The notes under the pieces were generated by a model. That model worked only from the letters and a program-made list of their open reading frames with translations. It was not told the origin of the DNA and did not search any database. Made by a program: the position numbers and the translations under genes. From the NCBI GenBank assembly GCA_051252375.1, contig JBPOFY010000002.1, positions 32,001 to 96,000 on the forward strand: a stretch of 64,000 nt of DNA, given 5' to 3'. Within the stretch, counting starts at the first letter, position 1; the number at the start of each line of letters is the position of its first letter. Shown here piece by piece: positions 59,456 through 64,000 of this stretch. This DNA comes from Opitutaceae bacterium (lineage in GTDB: Bacteria > Verrucomicrobiota > Verrucomicrobiia > Opitutales > Coraliomargaritaceae).

Positions 59456-61858
59456 TTAGCCTTCATCTAAGGGATTTGCGTCTGGTGAATACGGAAGCGT
59501 GCACACCACTTCGGTGCCACCGTTAGCTCCGCGTTGGACGATCAGTGACCCATCAACAGCATCTGATCGTGACTGCATGATGCGCAATCCAGTTCCATGT
59601 GTTGAACCTTTCCGCTCGATTCGTCCATTGCCGTCGTCTTGAATTCCTAGTAGAATACGTCCGTTGCCTAGCTTTAGCCGAACAGTAATCCGTGTGCACT
59701 TTGAATGCTTCACTGCATTTGTCACAGCCTCTTGCGCGATACGGAAGAGGTGCGTGGCAATCTCCGGATCAGACACTTCGATTGGTTCTGGGCATATAAA
59801 TCGGCAACTTAGCCCATACAGTTTACGCACACGGGCAAGGTGCTCACGCAGCACACTCACGAGCCCCTCTGGAACTGGTGGCACTGGATGAAGACCGCGT
59901 GCCAAGTTGCGGGCAGTCGTCATCGCCCGATGAATGTTCTCGGTAATCTGTGCCAGCGACTTCGCCTCGACCTGCCCCTGAGCTTCCATCCGTGATTGCA
60001 ATTCCGTGGCAATATAATGCACACCATGCAATATCTGCCCAAGATCGTCATGCAACTCACGTCCAACTTGTTGGCGTTCACGCTCGCTGACATCCAGCAT
60101 TTGATATTCCAACTCAATGCGCCGCGTAATGTTACGGATAAACAAATCCATACGCTGCAAGCGTCCCTCTTCTCTGATTGCGATGGCATCAATCAATACA
60201 TGGGCAATCGCCCCACTTTCTCGACGCAATCGAGCCCTCTGATCACGAACGACCTCACCTCGCTCTAGAGCGGAAAGAATCCCCACCAATTCTTCTCCGG
60301 CATCGAACTCCACAATGTTATGCCCCAGCACGGCTCCCCGGGGATGACCAAACATTTTCAATTGCGACTGATTGACTCGTAAAATTCGACCATCATGTTC
60401 AAGCCCAACTAACCCTATCGGAGCACTTTCGAAAAACGATGCCAGCGTCGTCTCACTGCGCTGTAGCTCTTCCTCCGCTTGTCGACGTAGACTGATATCA
60501 TTCACCAGAATAATCAGATGAGAATCATACGGTAACTTAGAGACGACTTCATGCACCCAGATGGTATGGCCATTCTTATGCATGTCACGATACTCAGTCT
60601 CAACAGACTCAGCCTTCTGACTCTTTAACAGACGCTGCTCCATTTGTTGATGCCGTTTTCGATCCTCAGGATGAATCAAGGACGAATAAAGCATCTCTCG
60701 TAATTCCTCTTCACTGTAACCAGTGATCCGTGAGTAAACTGGATTACACTGAACGATCTTCCCTTCCTTATCGATAATTGCAATACCCGTAGGCGCATAC
60801 TCGTAGATCCGCCGAAACTTTTCTTCGCTCAAACGCAGCGCATTGGTCTGTTCGGCGACTTGCTCTGTCAGTGTATCGTTGAGTAGTCGGACTTCATCTT
60901 CAGCCTGCTTGCGCACGGTAACATCATGCCCCACCACGACCAAACCACTGATCTGTCCATCGGTTTCCCTGAGTGGGACCTTAATCATTTCAAAATGCCT
61001 AATTGAGCCGTCAGCTGCTACAAAAGTCTTTTCGTGGCAGAGAGGAACGCCGCTGTTACGGACTTCTGCATCACTCAGCGCGCAAGCCTTAAGCGCTTCA
61101 CTTGCAGCTGGAATGATCGCGGCTAATTCCAAGTCCGTGCGCCCCTGCCACTCGATATCCTTAAGCCCAAACTTACGCAAAGCCTGAGTGTTAGCAACCA
61201 ACCAACGACCTTCAGCATCCTTGAACTGAACAGTATCAGGAATCGTTTGTATCAAGCTAGATAAGCGCAACTCACTGAGCTGCAGTGCTGCTTCGTTCAC
61301 TTTACGCTCTGTTAGGTCGTTGAGGACACAACGTAATTCCTGGTCACCCGTCGCACGGTCGCGCACGCAGACTGTCTTCAGCTCAACAAACCGTGCGCTT
61401 CCGGTCGCCGGAGAAAGCAGCAACTCGCACTTTTCAGTGTCACCACTCTTCATTACTGATTGTTGATGCAGGTAGAACATATCCTGATATTCAGGTGCGA
61501 TGAAATGAGTGAGCAACTTACCATGCAATAGTTGGCGCTCAGCCCCTAATAGCGTGGCTGCACGAAGGTTTGCCTGCTCAATCGAAAGATCCGGCCGAAG
61601 CGTCAAATAGCCAACAGGGGCAAAATCATAAAGATCTGCATAACGATCACGTGAATCGGCTAGCTCCAATTGTGCTTCACGCAATTCCTCATTTTGCATA
61701 TGCAACTCGACTTGATGCACATGGAGATCCTGCACCAAGCGCCGAACATCCTCATCCTGCAGCTGTTCCAAATCAGCAGGAATGTATGGTGTAACAGCAG
61801 CCTCCGCCCTTTTACGTAGCGTGCTTGCTCCTTTGCGAGTCGAGCCTTTCAAACTCAT
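59456..61858 (-). CDS. Soluble multi-PAS sensor kinase (HisKA_3)
   Basis: N-terminal L.VHQ.EL.MQNEELR helix, four PAS domains, ERER..VGRELHDDLGQ, RIAQEA.TNAVKH, DDG.G and G.GL..M..R motifs. Confidence 0.93.
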   Translation of the reverse strand: MSLKGSTRKGASTLRKRAEAAVTPYIPADLEQLQDEDVRRLVQDLHVHQVELHMQNEELREAQLELADSRDRYADLYDFAPVGYLTLRPDLSIEQANLRAATLLGAERQLLHGKLLTHFIAPEYQDMFYLHQQSVMKSGDTEKCELLLSPATGSARFVELKTVCVRDRATGDQELRCVLNDLTERKVNEAALQLSELRLSSLIQTIPDTVQFKDAEGRWLVANTQALRKFGLKDIEWQGRTDLELAAIIPAASEALKACALSDAEVRNSGVPLCHEKTFVAADGSIRHFEMIKVPLRETDGQISGLVVVGHDVTVRKQAEDEVRLLNDTLTEQVAEQTNALRLSEEKFRRIYEYAPTGIAIIDKEGKIVQCNPVYSRITGYSEEELREMLYSSLIHPEDRKRHQQMEQRLLKSQKAESVETEYRDMHKNGHTIWVHEVVSKLPYDSHLIILVNDISLRRQAEEELQRSETTLASFFESAPIGLVGLEHDGRILRVNQSQLKMFGHPRGAVLGHNIVEFDAGEELVGILSALERGEVVRDQRARLRRESGAIAHVLIDAIAIREEGRLQRMDLFIRNITRRIELEYQMLDVSERERQQVGRELHDDLGQILHGVHYIATELQSRMEAQGQVEAKSLAQITENIHRAMTTARNLARGLHPVPPVPEGLVSVLREHLARVRKLYGLSCRFICPEPIEVSDPEIATHLFRIAQEAVTNAVKHSKCTRITVRLKLGNGRILLGIQDDGNGRIERKGSTHGTGLRIMQSRSDAVDGSLIVQRGANGGTEVVCTLPYSPDANPLDEG

Positions 61859-61948
61859 GGATTAACTGAAACAGAGTCTGAGCTAAAGATCAACCCCACA
61901 GTGCCAATTCAGCCAGTGAAAGAGGGCAAAACCTGCCCTGAAATAGCC

Positions 61949-64000
61949 TCAGCTTTTATCAATAGACTGTTTAGTCTGATGCTCTGCAGATTCAAAGATT
62001 TCAGCTGCTTGCTGAGCCAATAAATCCATCAAATGGACCGCACGATCTGTCGATTCATGCGGCATTTTATGACATGTGGAAATGACGCCAAATAGCTTAC
62101 CCGTATGACTGATCAGAGGTGTGCTCTCAACCACTTGCACCCCCACATCCATCAAATCATCAACTAATGACGTATCTGCAAAATACTTGCACTTTTCCAC
62201 CGAATCCACAATCACACGCTCACCTCTTTTGAGTGCCATCCAAAATGAGCTCTGATCCAGTTCGACCTGATCACACTTGCGCAACCAAGACTGTTTAAAG
62301 CCACGCTGCTCCAGCACTTTCAACTTGCCGGTAGTGATATCAACCCGCTGCAAATACCCCATATCAGCCTGGCTAATCGAGATCGCCGCATCGAGGACTT
62401 CTTCAAAAATCGCCTCTGTCACACCCTCCAATAAGAAGAGAGTGCCGATCTTATGCAACTGACGCATCGCCTTCAAATCCGCCGCCAAATGTTCTTTGGC
62501 TTGAGAGAGTTTCCATTCAGCGGTCTTCACGCGATGAATATCAACGAAGGTAATCACTAGGCCATCAATAGAGTTTTCGGCAGTGCGGTAAGGCATCATC
62601 CGCATCAGATACCAGCGACCATCCTTACGCCGAATTTCGGCAGTCTTATAGTTGAGCGTGCGTAGCACATCCCGACCATCAGCCGCAAGTTCACTGTAAT
62701 CCATGTTGGATGCCAAATCATCCAAGGGTCGGCCGATATCGGATTGGATCAGTTTCACCAAGTCTTTCGCACCTTCTGTGAAGCGCTTTACCTTCAAATC
62801 GTTATCCAAAAAGATAGTCGCGATTTCGGTGTTATTGAGCAGATTCTGCATATCGCTGTTTACGCGAGTGAGATCTTCAATCTTTGAGGTTAACTCCGTA
62901 TTCACAGTCGTGAGCTCTTCATTCAAGGACTGCATCTCTTCCTTGGATGTTTCCAGCTCCTCATTGGAGCTCTGCAGCTCTTCGTTGGTCGATTGAAGTT
63001 CTTCATTGGTGGACTTGAGTTCCTCATTCGAAGTCTCCAGCTCCTCAATCGTCGTGCGCAGATATTCCTTTGTGTGAAGTAGTTCCTGCTCTAGCTCCAG
63101 CGTCTTATCCTGATGCGGATCGCTGTCCCCAGCCTCACCGACCTTGGTAGCAATAACCGCAGGGGAACAAGGTTGAAAGGCTACCAGAAACAGGCCACGT
63201 AGTGATTCCGGTTCAAGTATACGCTGAACTGTTAGATCAATATAAATGCTTTCACCATTGGACTCAATACGCACGGACTCACGTTTCGTCATGCCAGACT
63301 TACCGCTGGCATTGCGTAGCGCAGAGGCCAACTCGAGCTTCAAGCCCTCACGAGCCATATCATAAATATTCAACCGCGCCTGACCCGCAGCAGGTTCGAG
63401 ATAGGCACCGGTGCGTCCGTAGATGAAGACGATCTCACCGCGGTCATTGACCACCACACTGGCCGGTGCGAATTGCTTCAGTAGCAATTTATCAATGAGC
63501 GATGTAATCCCCATCGGCCGTGCTTTGTCTGCCGCTCGATCGACTTGAACTTGTAGCTCCTGACGCGCACCGACCGCTACGCTCGGAAAATCAACCAAAC
63601 TATGGATTTTCGACGGTGCTTCTTTGCGACGGTATATTTTCCACTTTCGATCCACGACTTCGAAAAGATCTGAAAACGAACCAATCGTTTCAGACGGACC
63701 GATAAAAAGCAGCCCTCCCGGCTTCAACGCATAGTGAAAAATTGGAAACAACTTTTTCTGCAGATCCGAGTTCAAGTAAATTAGAAGATTTCGACAGGAG
63801 ATGAAATCGAGTTTCGTAAACGGCGGGTCTTTGATCACGTTCTGCACCGCAAAGACAACCATCTCGCGGATGTTCTTTTGAATATGGAAGGCATTGTCCT
63901 TGAGCGCAAAAAAACGTTTCAGTCGATCCGGCTCCACGTCCACGGCAATCCCTTCAGGGTAACGCCCAGCACGAGCAGTCTCAATCGCTGCACTGTCTAA
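61949..64000 (-). CDS. CheR-type methyltransferase-PAS-coiled coil-PAS-GAF fusion (CheB/CheR fusion family); 5' part lies outside the window
   Basis: Frame is open to 64000 (LDSAAIETARAGRYP); DPPF..LD.ISCRNLLIY, L.PGG.L..G.SE, (S/T)NEEL heptads, IFLD..L..KRFT PAS, terminal GAF. Confidence 0.9.
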   Translation of the reverse strand, partial: LDSAAIETARAGRYPEGIAVDVEPDRLKRFFALKDNAFHIQKNIREMVVFAVQNVIKDPPFTKLDFISCRNLLIYLNSDLQKKLFPIFHYALKPGGLLFIGPSETIGSFSDLFEVVDRKWKIYRRKEAPSKIHSLVDFPSVAVGARQELQVQVDRAADKARPMGITSLIDKLLLKQFAPASVVVNDRGEIVFIYGRTGAYLEPAAGQARLNIYDMAREGLKLELASALRNASGKSGMTKRESVRIESNGESIYIDLTVQRILEPESLRGLFLVAFQPCSPAVIATKVGEAGDSDPHQDKTLELEQELLHTKEYLRTTIEELETSNEELKSTNEELQSTNEELQSSNEELETSKEEMQSLNEELTTVNTELTSKIEDLTRVNSDMQNLLNNTEIATIFLDNDLKVKRFTEGAKDLVKLIQSDIGRPLDDLASNMDYSELAADGRDVLRTLNYKTAEIRRKDGRWYLMRMMPYRTAENSIDGLVITFVDIHRVKTAEWKLSQAKEHLAADLKAMRQLHKIGTLFLLEGVTEAIFEEVLDAAISISQADMGYLQRVDITTGKLKVLEQRGFKQSWLRKCDQVELDQSSFWMALKRGERVIVDSVEKCKYFADTSLVDDLMDVGVQVVESTPLISHTGKLFGVISTCHKMPHESTDRAVHLMDLLAQQAAEIFESAEHQTKQSIDKS

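Overview
Bacterial chromosomal window. The gene set and style (few Shine-Dalgarno motifs, sulfatase, DUF1080, PATR beta-strand repeat protein, shared C-terminal domains) suggest Verrucomicrobiota, possibly Opitutae/Puniceicoccales; this taxonomy is inferred. 1-8 kb: caa3-type cytochrome c oxidase cluster (ctaA', ctaB, DUF420, ctaC-D-E-F-G) with an azurin-like gene divergent from ctaC. 8-29 kb: housekeeping and signalling genes (SLC13 permease, CymR-like Rrf2, truC, two sensor-kinase loci, rsfS-nadD, a CinA/NMNAT-like protein, pglF/pglE-like pair, ClC antiporter) and three tRNAs: initiator-type Met, Tyr(GTA) and an unusual Leu with anticodon AAG. The Tyr and Leu genes each carry a ~165-bp 3'-end duplication module. 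29-64 kb: more accessory content: RND pump, oxidoreductase, sugar kinase, ahpCF-oxyR with an OxyR box, IMPa-like metalloprotease, NYN protein, DUF1080, multidomain sulfatase, a barrel-YfiR-hybrid kinase module, a PATR repeat protein, REP/MITE-like inverted repeats, and a CheR-type fusion/PAS kinase/NarL regulator operon cut by the window end. No integrase, transposase or CRISPR array was seen. Best candidates for novelty: tRNA-Leu(AAG); a putative split (heterodimeric) sensor kinase at 11-13.6 kb; the barrel-YfiR-kinase module; and a shared C-terminal sorting domain on three secreted proteins. All product calls come from motif recognition by eye, not from database searches.
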